Origin: Auanema rhodensis
Taxonomy: Eukaryota; Animalia; Nematoda
Direction: 5' to 3'
Assembly: GCA_964057225.1 (NCBI GenBank)
Contig: OZ059899.1
Span: 1,302,001 to 1,366,000 of the forward strand
DNA length: 64,000 nucleotides
Each line of letters starts with the position of its first letter. Position 1 is the stretch's first letter. Shown in pieces: positions 38,401-52,400 of this stretch. Made by a program: the position numbers and the translations under genes. The notes under the pieces are model-generated. The model was given only the letters and a program-made list of their open reading frames with translations. It was not told the origin of the DNA and ran no database searches.

Positions 38401-40010
38401 CATTTTTAAGCTAGCGCAAATCTGATAACACAGATCGACGCAGCTTAAAAATCCGCAGCGAATGCACTATACTACATTGAGAAACGCTTAATACAAAAAT
38501 TAGTTATGATCGTTTGAAAAATGATGCATTAGTGTATGTTGAGTTTCCATGTACACTCAACATTGCTTCCAAAAACATTTTGACAAAAATTTTTTCGAAA
38601 AATTTCAAAAGAATTTAGCAAAAAGTAGATGTTTTTAGATTCCATTTTTCAAGGCAAAGACGATGGACAATGTTATTCAACGAAAAAATTATTTCTTCAT
38701 TGTGAAAATCGAGGATATAAGTGTGAACTTATATCAGTTGATATCTCGGTGCATTTTTAAGCTAGCGCAAATCTGATAACACAGATCAACGCAGCTTAAA
38801 AATCCGCAGCGAATGCACTATACTACATTGAGAAACGCTTAATACAAAAATTAGTTATGATCGTTTGAAAAATGATGCATTAGTGTATGTTGAGTTTCCA
38901 TGTACACTCAACATTGCTTCCAAAAACATTTTGACAAAAATTTTTTCGAAAAATTTCAAAAGAATTTAGCAAAAAGTAGATGTTTTTAGATTCCATTTTT
39001 CAAGGCAAAGACGATGGACAATGTTATTCAACGAAAAAATTATTTCTTCATTGTGAAAATCGAGGATATAAGTGTGAACTTATATCAGTTGATATCTCGG
39101 TGCATTTTTAAGTTAGCGCAAATCTGATAACACAGATCGACGCAGCTTAAAAATCCGCATCGAATGCACTATACTACATTGAGAAACGCTTGATACAAAA
39201 ATTAGTTATGATCGTTTGAAAAATGATGCATTAGTGTATGTTGAGTTTCCATGTACACTCAACATTGCTTCCAAAAACATTTTGACAAAAATTTTTTCGA
39301 AAAATTTCAAAAGAATTTAGCAAAAAGTAGATGTTTTTAGATTCCATTTTTCAAGGCAAAGACGATGGACAATGTTATTCAACGAAAAAATTATTTCTTC
39401 ATTGTGAAAATCGAGGATATAAGTGTGAACTTATATCAGTTGATATCTCGGTGCATTTTTAAGTTAGCGCAAATCTGATAACACAGATCGACGCAGCTTA
39501 AAAATCCGCATCGAATGCACTATACTACATTGAGAAACGCTTGATACAAAAATTAGTTATGATCGTTTGAAAAATGATGCATTAGTGTATGTTGAGTTTC
39601 CATGTACACTCAACATTGCTTCCAAAAACATTTTGACAAAAATTTTTTAGAAAAATTTCAAAATAATTTAGCAAAAAGTAGATGTTTTTAGATTCCATTT
39701 TTCAAGGCAAAGACGATGGACAATGTTATTCAACGAAAAAATTAATTCTTCAGGGTGAAAATCGAGGATATAAGTGTGAACTTATATCAGTTGATATCTC
39801 GGTGCATTTTTAAGCTAGCGCAAATCTGATAACACAGATCGACGCAGCTTAAAAATCCGCAGCGAATGCACTATACTACATTGAGAAACGCTTAATACAA
39901 AAATTAGTTATGATCGTTTGAAAAATGATGCATTAGTGTATGTTGAGTTTCCATGTACACTCAACATTGCTTCCAAAAACATTTTGACAAAAATTTTTTC
40001 GAAAAATTTC
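32409..40010. repeat. ~21-monomer block, copy 1 of a long-range intra-array duplication
   Basis: Rare markers AAAAGAAGTT (~33349), TAGCGAAAA (~34759), GAATATAGC (~35105), TTAAAACTCC (~37398), GATCAACG (38788) and TTTTTTAGAA (39649) all recur in the same order downstream. Confidence 0.9.
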
Positions 40011-40130
40011 AAGATAATTTAGCAAAAAGTAGATGTTTTAAGATTCCATTTTTCGAGGCAAAGACGATGGACAATGTTATTCAACGAAAAAATTAATTCT
40101 TCAGGGTGAAAATCGAGGATATAAGTGTGA

Positions 40131-43100
40131 ACTTATATCAGTTGATATCTCGGTGCATTTTTAAGCTAGCGCAAATCTGATAACACAGATCGACGCAGCT
40201 TAAAAATCCGCATCGAATGCACTATACTACATTGAGAAACGCTTAATACAAAAATTAGTTATGATCGTTTGAAAAATGATGCATTAGTGTATGTTGAGTT
40301 TCCATGTACACTCAACATTGCTTCCAAAAACATTTTGACAAAAATTTTTTCGAAAAATTTCAAAATAATTTAGCAAAAAGTAGATGTTTTAAGATTCCAT
40401 TTTTCGAGGCAAAGACGATGGACAATGTTATTCAACGAAAAAATTAATTCTTCAGGGTGAAAATCGAGGATATAAGTGTGAACTTATATCAGTTGATATC
40501 TCGGTGCATTTTTAAGCTAGCGCAAATCTGATAACACAGATCGACGCAGCTTAAAAATCCGCATCGAATGCACTATACTACATGGAGAAACGCTTAATAC
40601 AAAAATTAGTTATGATCGTTTGAAAAATGATGCATTAGTGTATGTTGAGTTTCCATGTACACTCAACATTGCTTCCAAAAACATTTTGACAAAAATTTTT
40701 TCGAAAAATTTCAAAATAATTTAGCAAAAAGTAGATGTTTTTAGATTCCATTTCTCAAGGCAAAGACGATAGACAATGTTATTCAACGAAAAAATTAATT
40801 CTTCAGGGTGAAAATCGAGGATATAAGTGTGAACTTATATCAGTTGATATCTCGGTGCATTTTTAAGTTAGCGCAAATCTGATAACACAGATCGACGCAG
40901 CTTAAAAATCCGCATCGAATGCACTATACTACATTGAGAAACGCTTGATACAAAAATTAGTTATGATCGTTTGAAAAATGGTACATTAGTGTATGTTGAG
41001 TTTCCATGTACACTCAACATTGCTTCCAAAAACATTTTGACAAAAATTTTTTCGAAAAATTTCAAAAGAATTTAGCAAAAAGTAGATGTTTTTAGATTCC
41101 ATTTTTCAAGGCAAAGACGATGGACAATGTTATTCAACGAAAAAATTATTTCTTCAGGGTGAAAATCGAGGATATAAGTGTGAACTTATATCAGTTGATA
41201 TCTCGGTGCATTTTTAAGTTAGCGCAAATCTGATAACACAGATCGACGCAGCTCAAAAATCCGCATCGAATGCACTATACTACATTGAGAAACGCTTGAT
41301 ACAAAAATTAGTTATGATCGTTTGAAAAATGATACATTAGTGTATGTTGAGTTTCCATGTACACTCAACATTGCTTCCAAAAACATTTTGACAAAAATTT
41401 TTTCGAAAAATTTCAAAATAATTCAGCAAAAAGTAGATGTTTTAAGATTCCATTTTTCGAGGCAAAGACGATGGACAATGTTATTCAACGAAAAAATTAA
41501 TTCTTCAGGGTGAAAATCGAGGATATAAGTGTGAACTTATATCAGTTGATATCTCGGTGCATTTTTAAGCTAGCGCAAATCTGATAACACAGATCGACGC
41601 AGCTTAAAAATCCGCATCGAATGCACTATACTACATTGAGAAACGCTTAATACAAAAATTAGTTATGATCGTTTGAAAAATGATGCATTAGTGTATGTTG
41701 AGTTTCCATGTACACTCAACATTGCTTCCAAAAACATTTTGACAAAAATTTTTTCGAAAAATTTCAAAATAATTTAGCAAAAAGTAGATGTTTTTAGATT
41801 CCATTTCTCAAGGCAAAGACGATAGACAATGTTATTCAACGAAAAAATTAATTCTTCAGGGTGAAAATCGAGGATATAAGTGTGAACTTATATCAGTTGA
41901 TATCTCGGTGCATTTTTAAGCTAGCGCAAATCTGATAACACAGATCGACGCAGCTTAAAAATCCGCATCGAATGCACTATACTACATGGAGAAACGCTTA
42001 ATACAAAAATTAGTTATGATCGTTTGAAAAATGATGCATTAGTGTATGTTGAGTTTCCATGTACACTCAACATTGCTTCCAAAAACATTTTGACAAAAAT
42101 TTTTTCGAAAAATTTCAAAATAATTTAGCAAAAAGTAGATGTTTTAAGATTCCATTTTTCGAGGCAAAGACGATGGACAATGTTATTCAACGAAAAAATT
42201 AATTCTTCAGGGTGAAAATCGAGGATATAAGTGTGAACTTATATCAGTTGATATCTCGGTGCATTTTTAAGCTAGCGCAAATCTGATAACACAGATCGAC
42301 GCAGCTTAAAAATCCGCATCGAATGCACTATACTACATGGAGAAACGCTTAATACAAAAATTAGTTATGATCGTTTGAAAAATGATGCATTAGTGTATGT
42401 TGAGTTTCCATGTACACTCAACATTGCTTCCAAAAACATTTTGACAAAAATTTTTTCGAAAAATTTCAAAATAATTTAGCAAAAAGTAGATGTTTTTAGA
42501 TTCCATTTCTCAAGGCAAAGACGATAGACAATGTTATTCAACGAAAAAATTAATTCTTCAGGGTGAAAATCGAGGATATAAGTGTGAACTTATATCAGTT
42601 GATATCTCGGTGCATTTTTAAGTTAGCGCAAATCTGATAACACAGATCGACGCAGCTTAAAAATCCGCATCGAATGCACTATACTACATTGAGAAACGCT
42701 TGATACAAAAATTAGTTATGATCGTTTGAAAAATGATACATTAGTGTATGTTGAGTTTCCATGTACACTCAACATTGCTTCCAAAAACATTTTGACAAAA
42801 ATTTTTTCGAAAAATTTCAAAAGAATTTAGCAAAAAGTAGATGTTTTTAGATTCCATTTTTCAAGGCAAAGACGATGGACAATGTTATTCAACGAAAAAA
42901 TTATTTCTTCAGGGTGAAAATCGAGGATATAAGTGTGAACTTATATCAGTTGATATCTCGGTGCATTTTTAAGTTAGCGCAAATCTGATAACACAGATCG
43001 ACGCAGCTCAAAAATCCGCATCGAATGCACTATACTACATTGAGAAACGCTTGATACAAAAATTAGTTATGATCGTTTGAAAAATGATACATTAGTGTAT

Positions 43101-43640
43101 GTTGAGTTTCCATGTACACTCAACATTGCTTCCAAAAACATTTTGACAAAAATTTTTTCGAAAAATTTCAAAATAATTTAGCAAAAAGTAGATGTTTTAA
43201 GATTCCATTTTTCGAGGCAAAGACGATGGACAATGTTATTCAACGAAAAAATTAATTCTTCAGGGTGAAAATCGAGGATATAAGTGTGAACTTATATCAG
43301 TTGATATCTCGGTGCATTTTTAAGCTAGCGCAAATCTGATAACACAGATCGACGCAGCTTAAAAATCCGCATCGAATGCACTATACTACATTGAGAAACG
43401 CTTAATACAAAAATTAGTTATGATCGTTTGAAAAATGATGCATTAGTGTATGTTGAGTTTCCATGTACACTCAACATTGCTTCCAAAAACATTTTGACAA
43501 AAATTTTTTCGAAAAATTTCAAAATAATTTAGCAAAAAGTAGATGTTTTTAGATTCCATTTCTCAAGGCAAAGACGATAGACAATGTTATTCAACGAAAA
43601 AATTAATTCTTCAGGGTGAAAATCGAGGATATAAGTGTGA
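40131..43640. repeat. Second 5-monomer higher-order repeat (1755 bp) x2, imperfect
   Basis: Monomers 40131/41886 share TTTTAAGATT+TTCGAGG; 40482/42237 share CATGGAG+TTCTCA+GATAGAC; 40833/42588 share TACATTAG+AAAAGAAT; 41184/42939 share GCTCAAAAAT+GATACATT; 41535/43290 match. Confidence 0.85.
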
Positions 43641-46448
43641 ACTTATATCAGTTGATATCTCGGTGCATTTTTAAGCTAGCGCAAATCTGATAACACAGAT
43701 CGACGCAGCTTAAAAATCCGCATCGAATGCACTATACTACATTGAGAAACGCTTAATACAAAAATTAGTTATGATCGTTTGAAAAATGATGCATTAGTGT
43801 ATGTTGAGTTTCCATGTACACTCAACATTGCTTCCAAAAACATTTTGACAAAAATTTTTTCGAAAAATTTCAGAATAATTTAGCAAAAAGTAGACGTTTT
43901 TAGATTCCATTTTTCAAGGCAAAGACGATGGACAATGTTATTCAACGAAAAAATTAATTCTTCAGGGTGAAAATCGAGGATATAAGTGTGAACCTATATC
44001 AGTTGATATCTCGGTGCATTTTTAAGCTAGCGCAAATCTGATAACACAGATCGACGCAGCTTAAAAATCCGCATCGAATGCACTATACTACATTGAGAAA
44101 CGCCTGATACAAAAATTAGTTATGATCGTTTGAAAAATGATGCATTAGTGTATGTTGAGTTTCCATGTACACTCAACATTGCTTCCAAAAACATTTTGAC
44201 AAAAATTTTTTCGAAAAATTTCAAAATAATTTAGCAAAAAGTAGCTGTTTTTAGATTCCATTTTTCAAGGCAAAGACGATGGACAATGTTATTCAACGAA
44301 AAAATTAATTCTTCAGGGTGAAAATCGAGGATATAAGTGTGAACTTATATCAGTTGATATCTCGGTGCATTTTTAAGCTAGCGCAAATCTGATAACACAG
44401 ATCGACGCAGCTTAAAAATCCGCATCGAATGCACTATACTACATTGAGAAACGCTTAATACAAAAATTAGTTATGATCGTTTGAAAAATGATGCATTAGT
44501 GTATGTTGAGTTTCCATGTACACTCAACATTGCTTCCAAAAACATTTTGACAAAAATTTTTTCGAAAAATTTCAAAAGAATTTAGCAAAAAGTAGATGTT
44601 TTTAGATTCCATTTTTCAAGGCAAAGACGATGGACAATGTTATTCAACGAAAAAATTATTTCTTCAGGGTGAAAATCGAGGATATAAGTGTGAACTTATA
44701 TCAGTTGATATCTCGGTGCATTTTTAAGTTAGCGCAAATCTGATAACACAGATCGACGCAGCTCAAAAATCCGCATCGAATGCACTATACTACATTGAGA
44801 AACGCTTGATACAAAAATTAGTTATGATCGTTTGAAAAATGATACATTAGTGTATGTTGAGTTTCCATGTACACTCAACATTGCTTCCAAAAACATTTTG
44901 ACAAAAATTTTTTCGAAAAATTTCAAAATAATTTAGCAAAAAGTAGATGTTTTAAGATTCCATTTTTCGAGGCAAAGACGATGGACAATGTTATTCAACG
45001 AAAAAATTAATTCTTCAGGGTGAAAATCGAGGATATAAGTGTGAACTTATATCAGTTGATATCTCGGTGCATTTTTAAGCTAGCGCAAATCTGATAACAC
45101 AGATCGACGCAGCTTAAAAATCCGCATCGAATGCACTATACTACATTGAGAAACGCTTAATACAAAAATTAGTTATGATCGTTTGAAAAATGATGCATTA
45201 GTGTATGTTGAGTTTCCATGTACACTCAACATTGCTTCCAAAAACATTTTGACAAAAATTTTTTCGAAAAATTTCAAAATAATTTAGCAAAAAGTAGATG
45301 TTTTTAGATTCCATTTCTCAAGGCAAAGACGATAGACAATGTTATTCAACGAAAAAATTAATTCTTCAGGGTGAAAATCGAGGATATAAGTGTGAACTTA
45401 TATCAGTTGATATCTCGGTGCATTTTTAAGCTAGCGCAAATCTGATAACACAGATCGACGCAGCTTAAAAATCCGCATCGAATGCACTATACTACATTGA
45501 GAAACGCTTAATACAAAAATTAGTTATGATCGTTTGAAAAATGATGCATTAGTGTATGTTGAGTTTCCATGTACACTCAACATTGCTTCCAAAAACATTT
45601 TGACAAAAATTTTTTCGAAAAATTTCAGAATAATTTAGCAAAAAGTAGACGTTTTTAGATTCCATTTTTCAAAGCAAAGACGATGGACAATGTTATTCAA
45701 CGAAAAAATTAATTCTTCAGGGTGAAAATCGAGGATATAAGTGTGAACCTATATCAGTTGATATCTCGGTGCATTTTTAAGCTAGCGCAAATCTGATAAC
45801 ACAGATCGACGCAGCTTAAAAATCCGCATCGAATGCACTATACTACATTGAGAAACGCCTGATACAAAAATTAGTTATGATCGTTTGAAAAATGATGCAT
45901 TAGTGTATGTTGAGTTTCCATGTACACTCAACATTGCTTCCAAAAACATTTTGACAAAAATTTTTTCGAAAAATTTCAAAAGAAGTTAGCAAAAAGTAGA
46001 TGTTTTTAGATTCCATTTTTCAAGGCAAAGACGATGGACAATGTTATTCAACGAAAAAATTATTTCTTCATTGTGAAAATCGAGGATATAAGTGTGAACT
46101 TATATCAGTTGATATCTCGGTGCATTTTTAAGTTAGCGCAAATCTGATAACACAGATCGACGCAGCTTAAAAATCCGCATCGAATGCACTATACTACATT
46201 GAGAAACGCTTGATACAAAAATTAGTTATGATCGTTTGAAAAATGATGCATTAGTGTATGTTGAGTTTCCATGTACACTCAACATTGCTTCCAAAAACAT
46301 TTTGACAAAAATTTTTTCGAAAAATTTCAAAATAATTTAGCAAAAAGTAGATGTTTTTAGATTCCATTTCTCAAGGCAAAGACGATAGACAATGTTATTC
46401 AACGAAAAAATTAATTCTTCAGGGTGAAAATCGAGGATATAAGTGTGA

Positions 46449-49400
46449 ACTTATATCAGTTGATATCTCGGTGTATTTTTAAGCTAGCGCAAATCTGATA
46501 ACACAGATCGACGCAGCTTAAAAATCCGCATCGAATGCACTATACTACATTGAGAAACGCTTAATACAAAAATTAGTTATGATCGTTTGAAAAATGATGC
46601 ATTAGTGTATGTTGAGTTTCCATGTACACTCAACATTGCTTCCAAAAACATTTTGACAAAAATTTTTTCGAAAAATTTCAGAATAATTTAGCAAAAAGTA
46701 GACGTTTTTAGATTCCATTTTTCAAGGCAAAGACGATGGACAATGTTATTCAACGAAAAAATTAATTCTTCAGGGTGAAAATCGAGGATATAAGTGTGAA
46801 CCTATATCAGTTGATATCTCGGTGCATTTTTAAGCTAGCGCAAATCTGATAACACAGATCGACGCAGCTTAAAAATCCGCATCGAATGCACTATACTACA
46901 TTGAGAAACGCCTGATACAAAAATTAGTTATGATCGTTTGAAAAATGATGCATTAGTGTATGTTGAGTTTCCATGTACACTCAACATTGCTTCCAAAAAC
47001 ATTTTGACAAAAATTTTTTCGAAAAATTTCAAAATAATTTAGCAAAAAGTAGCTGTTTTTAGATTCCATTTTTCAAGGCAAAGACGATGGACAATGTTAT
47101 TCAACGAAAAAATTAATTCTTCAGGGTGAAAATCGAGGATATAAGTGTGAACTTATATCAGTTGATATCTCGGTGCATTTTTAAGCTAGCGCAAATCTGA
47201 TAACACAGATCGACGCAGCTTAAAAATCCGCATCGAATGCACTATACTACATTGAGAAACGCTTAATACAAAAATTAGTTATGATCGTTTGAAAAATGAT
47301 GCATTAGTGTATGTTGAGTTTCCATGTACACTCAACATTGCTTCCAAAAACATTTTGACAAAAATTTTTTCGAAAAATTTCAAAAGAAGTTAGCAAAAAG
47401 TAGATGTTTTTAGATTCCATTTTTCAAGGCAAAGACGATGGACAATGTTATTCAACGAAAAAATTATTTCTTCATTGTGAAAATCGAGGATATAAGTGTG
47501 AACTTATATCAGTTGATATCTCGGTGCATTTTTAAGTTAGCGCAAATCTGATAACACAGATCGACGCAGCTTAAAAATCCGCATCGAATGCACTATACTA
47601 CATTGAGAAACGCTTGATACAAAAATTAGTTATGATCGTTTGAAAAATGATGCATTAGTGTATGTTGAGTTTCCATGTACACTCAACATTGCTTCCAAAA
47701 ACATTTTGACAAAAATTTTTTCGAAAAATTTCAAAATAATTTAGCAAAAAGTAGATGTTTTTAGATTCCATTTTTCAAGGCAAAGACGATGGACAATGTT
47801 ATTCAACGAAAAAATTAATTCTTCAGGGTGAAAATCGAGGATATAAGTGTGAACTTATATCAGTTGATATCTCGGTGCATTTTTAAGCTAGCGCAAATCT
47901 GATAACACAGATCGACGCAGCTTAAAAATCCGCATCGAATGCACTATACTACATTGAGAAACGCCTGATACAAAAATTAGTTATGATCGTTTGAAAAATG
48001 ATGCATTAGTGTATGTTGAGTTTCCATGTACACTCAACATTGCTTCCAAAAACATTTTGACAAAAATTTTTTCGAAAAATTTCAAAATAATTTAGCAAAA
48101 AGTAGCTGTTTTTAGATTCCATTTTTCAAGGCAAAGACGATGGACAATGTTATTCAACGAAAAAATTAATTCTTCAGGGTGAAAATCGAGGATATAAGTG
48201 TGAACTTATATCAGTTGATATCTCGGTGCATTTTTAAGCTAGCGCAAATCTGATAACACAGATCGACGCAGCTTAAAAATCCGCATCGAATGCACTATAC
48301 TACATTGAGAAACGCTTAATACAAAAATTAGTTATGATCGTTTGAAAAATGATGCATTAGTGTATGTTGAGTTTCCATGTACACTCAACATTGCTTCCAA
48401 AAACATTTTGACAAAAATTTTTTCGAAAAATTTCAAAAGAATTTAGCAAAAAGTAGATGTTTTTAGATTCCATTTTTCAAGGCAAAGACGATGGACAATG
48501 TTATTCAACGAAAAAATTATTTCTTCAGGGTGAAAATCGAGGATATAAGTGTGAACTTATATCAGTTGATATCTCGGTGCATTTTTAAGTTAGCGCAAAT
48601 CTGATAACACAGATCGACGCAGCTTAAAAATCCGCATCGAATGCACTATACTACATTGAGAAACGCTTGATACAAAAATTAGTTATGATCGTTTGAAAAA
48701 TGATGCATTAGTGTATGTTGAGTTTCCATGTACACTCAACATTGCTTCCAAAAACATTTTGACAAAAATTTTTTCGAAAAATTTCAAAATAATTTAGCGA
48801 AAAGTAGATGTTTTTAGATTCCATTTTTCAAGGCAAAGACGATGGACAATGTTATTAAACGAAAAAATTAATTCTTCAGGGTGAAAATCGAGGATATAAG
48901 TGTGAACTTATATCAGTTGATATCTCGGTGCATTTTTAAGCTAGCGCAAATCTGATAACACAGATCGACGCAGCTTAAAAATCCGCATCGAATGCACTAT
49001 ACTACATTGAGAAACGCCTGATACAAAAATTAGTTATGATCGTTTGAAAAATGATGCATTAGTGTATGTTGAGTTTCCATGTACACTCAACATTGCTTCC
49101 AAAAACATTTTGACAAAAATTTTTTCGAAAAATTTCAAAAGAATATAGCAAAAAGTAGCTGTTTTTAGATTCCATTTTTCAAGGCAAAGACGATGGACAA
49201 TGTTATTCAACGAAAAAATTAATTCTTCAGGGTGAAAATCGAGGATATAAGTGTGAACTTATATCAGTTGATATCTCGGTGCATTTTTAAGCTAGCGCAA
49301 ATCTGATAACACAGATCGACGCAGCTTAAAAATCCGCATCGAATGCACTATACTACATTGAGAAACGCCTGATACAAAAATTAGTTATGATCGTTTGAAA

Positions 49401-52400
49401 AATGATGCATTAGTGTATGTTGAGTTTCCATGTACACTCAACATTGCTTCCAAAAACATTTTGACAAAAATTTTTTCGAAAAATTTCAAAATAATTTAGC
49501 AAAAAGTAGCTGTTTTTAGATTCCATTTTTCAAGGCAAAGACGATGGACAATGTTATTCAACGAAAAAATTAATTCTTCAGGGTGAAAATCGAGGATATA
49601 AGTGTGAACTTATATCAGTTGATATCTCGGTGCATTTTTAAGCTAGCGCAAATCTGATAACACAGATCGACGCAGCTTAAAAATCCGCATCGAATGCACT
49701 ATACTACATTGAGAAACGCTTAATACAAAAATTAGTTATGATCGTTTGAAAAATGATGCATTAGTGTATGTTGAGTTTCCATGTACACTCAACATTGCTT
49801 CCAAAAACATTTTGACAAAAATTTTTTCGAAAAATTTCAAAAGATTTTAGCAAAAAGTAGATGTTTTTAGATTCCATTTTTCAAGGCAAAGACGATGGAC
49901 AATGTTATTCAACGAAAAAATTATTTCTTCATTGTGAAAATCGAGGATATAAGTGTGAACTTATATCAGTTGATATCTCGGTGCATTTTTAAGTTAGCGC
50001 AAATCTGATAACACAGATCGACGCAGCTTAAAAATCCGCATCGAATGCACTATACTACATTGAGAAACGCTTGATACAAAAATTAGTTATGATCGTTTGA
50101 AAAATGATGCATTAGTGTATGTTGAGTTTCCATGTACACTCAACATTGCTTCCAAAAACATTTTGACAAAAATTTTTTCGAAAAATTTCAAAATAATTTA
50201 GCAAAAAGTAGATGTTTTTAGATTCCATTTTTCAAGGCAAAGACGATGGACAATGTTATTCAACGAAAAAATTAATTCTTCAGGGTGAAAATCGAGGATA
50301 TAAGTGTGAACTTATATCAGTTGATATCTCGGTGCATTTTTAAGCTAGCGCAAATCTGATAACACAGATCGACGCAGCTTAAAAATCCGCAGCGAATGCA
50401 CTATACTACATTGAAAAACGCTTAATACAAAAATTAGTTATGATCGTTTGAAAAATGATGCATTAGTGTATGTTGAGTTTCCATGTACACTCAACATTGC
50501 TTCCAAAAACATTTTGACAAAAATTTTTTCGAAAAATTTCAAAATAATTTAGCAAAAAGTAGATGTTTTTAGATTCCATTTTTCAAGGCAAAGACGATGG
50601 ACAATGTTATTCAACGAAAAAATTAATTCTTCAGGGTGAAAATCGAGGATATAAGTGTGAACTTATATCAGTTGATATCTCGGTGCATTTTTAAGCTAGC
50701 GCAAATCTGATAACACAGATCGACGCAGCTTAAAAATCCGCAGCGAATGCACTATACTACATTGAGAAACGCTTAATACAAAAATTAGTTATGATCGTTT
50801 GAAAAATGATGCATTAGTGTATGTTGAGTTTCCATGTACACTCAACATTGCTTCCAAAAACATTTTGACAAAAATTTTTTCGAAAAATTTCAAAAGAATT
50901 TAGCAAAAAGTAGATGTTTTTAGATTCCATTTTTCAAGGCAAAGACGATGGACAATGTTATTCAACGAAAAAATTATTTCTTCATTGTGAAAATCGAGGA
51001 TATAAGTGTGAACTTATATCAGTTGATATCTCGGTGCATTTTTAAGTTAGCGCAAATCTGATAACACAGATCGACGCAGCTTAAAAATCCGCATCGAATG
51101 CACTATACTACATTGAGAAACGCTTGATACAAAAATTAGTTATGATCGTTTGAAAAATGATGCATTAGTGTATGTTGAGTTTCCATGTACACTCAACATT
51201 GCTTCCAAAAACATTTTGACAAAAATTTTTTCGAAAAATTTCAAAAGAATTTAGCAAAAAGTAGATGTTTTTAGATTCCATTTTTCAAGGCAAAGACAAT
51301 GGACAATGTTATTCAACGAAAAAATTATTTCTTCATTGTGAAAATCGAGGATATAAGTGTGAACTTATATCAGTTGATATCTCGGTGCATTTTTAAGTTA
51401 GCGCAAATCTGATAACACAGATCGACGCAGCTTAAAACTCCGCATCGAATGCACTATACTACATTGAGAAACGCTTGATACAAAAATTAGTTATGATCGT
51501 TTGAAAAATGATGCATTAGTGTATGTTGAGTTTCCATGTACACTCAACATTGCTTCCAAAAACATTTTGACAAAAATTTTTTCGAAAAATTTCAAAATAA
51601 TTTAGCAAAAAGTAGATGTTTTTAGATTCCATTTTTCAAGGCAAAGACGATGGACAATGTTATTCAACGAAAAAATTAATTCTTCAGGGTGAAAATCGAG
51701 GATATAAGTGTGAACTTATATCAGTTGATATCTCGGTGCATTTTTAAGCTAGCGCAAATCTGATAACACAGATCGACGCAGCTTAAAAATCCGCAGCGAA
51801 TGCACTATACTACATTGAGAAACGCTTAATACAAAAATTAGTTATGATCGTTTGAAAAATGATGCATTAGTGTATGTTGAGTTTCCATGTACACTCAACA
51901 TTGCTTCCAAAAACATTTTGACAAAAATTTTTTCGAAAAATTTCAAAAGAATTCAGCAAAAAGTAGATGTTTTTAGATTCCATTTTTCAAGGCAAAGACG
52001 ATGGACAATGTTATTCAACGAAAAAATTAATTCTTCAGGGTGAAAATCGAGGATATAAGTGTGAACTTATATCAGTTGATATCTCGGTGCATTTTTAAGC
52101 TAGCGCAAATCTGATAACACAGATCGACGCAGCTTAAAAATCCGCAGCGAATGCACTATACTACATTGAGAAACGCTTAATACAAAAATTAGTTATGATC
52201 GTTTGAAAAATGATGCATTAGTGTATGTTGAGTTTCCATGTACACTCAACATTGCTTCCAAAAACATTTTGACAAAAATTTTTTCGAAAAATTTCAAAAG
52301 AATTTAGCAAAAAGTAGATGTTTTTAGATTCCATTTTTCAAGGCAAAGACGATGGACAATGTTATTCAACGAAAAAATTATTTCTTCATTGTGAAAATCG

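Noticed and set aside
41322-41513. 63-aa ORF MKNDTLVYVEFPCT...
   Set aside because: Same satellite frame and same TAG>CAG change; near-identical sister monomers at 42939 and 44694 have the stop.
51852-52043. 63-aa ORF MKNDALVYVEFPCT...
   Set aside because: Same satellite frame and same TAG>CAG change; no evidence of coding constraint.
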